Shown here: positions 63,540 to 64,000 of the stretch, in pieces
Position numbering within the stretch: position 1 is the first letter of the stretch
How the letters are laid out: each line of letters begins with the position of its first letter
Assembly (NCBI GenBank): GCA_013265495.1
Contig: MU058241.1
Span: 62,001 to 126,000 of the forward strand
Direction of reading: 5' to 3'
DNA: 64,000 nucleotides
From: Vicugna vicugna
Lineage: Eukaryota
Notes under the pieces: model-generated
Seen by the model: only the letters and a program-made list of their open reading frames with translations
What the model was told of the DNA's origin: nothing
Databases searched by the model: none
Translations under genes and position numbers: made by a program

Positions 63540-64000
63540 CCCACCCTGGCTCTGCTCTACTCTAGCAGAGGGATTGTGAGTTTTACTTTTCTCATGTGAG
63601 AATTAAGTTTAATGATACCCATGCCACAAGGCTGCTCAGAGGATTAAGTGAGATACCACAAGTGAAGAAAGCTTTGCAAATTCTGAGGAGTTATGTAGAG
63701 GCTTATCATCTAGGAAGGAGCAGAGAAACATGGAGCCTCACACTTGAAGTTCCCATTTATTTAGTTCAGGGTGTTTATTGCACAATGAAGGATTTCCAGG
63801 ATGATTCTGGAATGATCTGGGCTGTGGAAGTTTCCTTCACTGTTTCATTTTCATTCTCTTCTGTTAGAACTTCAGTTTGATATATGCTGGATGTGCTCAA
63901 TATTCCTTTGCTGGAACTAATTTTTAACTCTTTGTGTCCTTCTTCTGGACAGATTCCTTGATGTAATTTTCTAACCACAATTTCCTTTCTTGGCTGTGTT

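Noticed and set aside
1..64000. ORF-track entries as protein-coding genes (e.g. 15931-16611, 18975-19484, 20284-20853, 37705-38181, 51447-51908)
   Set aside because: No recognisable protein family. Many start at non-ATG codons and run through SINE, MLT1, MER or L1 remnants; their lengths are compatible with chance ORFs in mammalian non-coding DNA.

Overview
Mammalian, non-coding, repeat-rich genomic DNA, most likely from a camelid (alpaca or camel). The evidence is six full-length tRNA-Ala-derived SINEs, five carrying the tail motif AATAAACCTAATTACCTCCCC, which fits the vic-1 family, plus a cetartiodactyl-type L1 3' end. No protein-coding gene, RNA gene, CRISPR array or prokaryote-type system can be supported, and the ORF track is essentially chance ORFs in repeats and intergenic DNA. 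The window is dominated by old eutherian transposon fossils: L1M, L2, MIR, MLT1/ERVL LTRs, MER20, MER58A, MER3/33, MER53, MER82, MER115 and Tigger2-like. The main non-repeat landmark is a CpG-island promoter-like region at about 35.9-36.9 kb, interrupted by a 115-N assembly gap; the associated gene cannot be named from this sequence. The best second-look items are that island (GC-skew switch, 35-nt exon-like unit), a SINE with a multi-segment tail inside a perfect 13-bp TSD, an RFX/ETS/GC-box cluster near 44.1 kb, a miR-1302-like MER53 hairpin, and a 49-bp tandem duplication carrying two 12-bp palindromes. Repeat family names are from my recall of consensus sequences, not a database search, and boundaries are approximate unless TSDs or TIRs are quoted. 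I found no convincing novel biological system.
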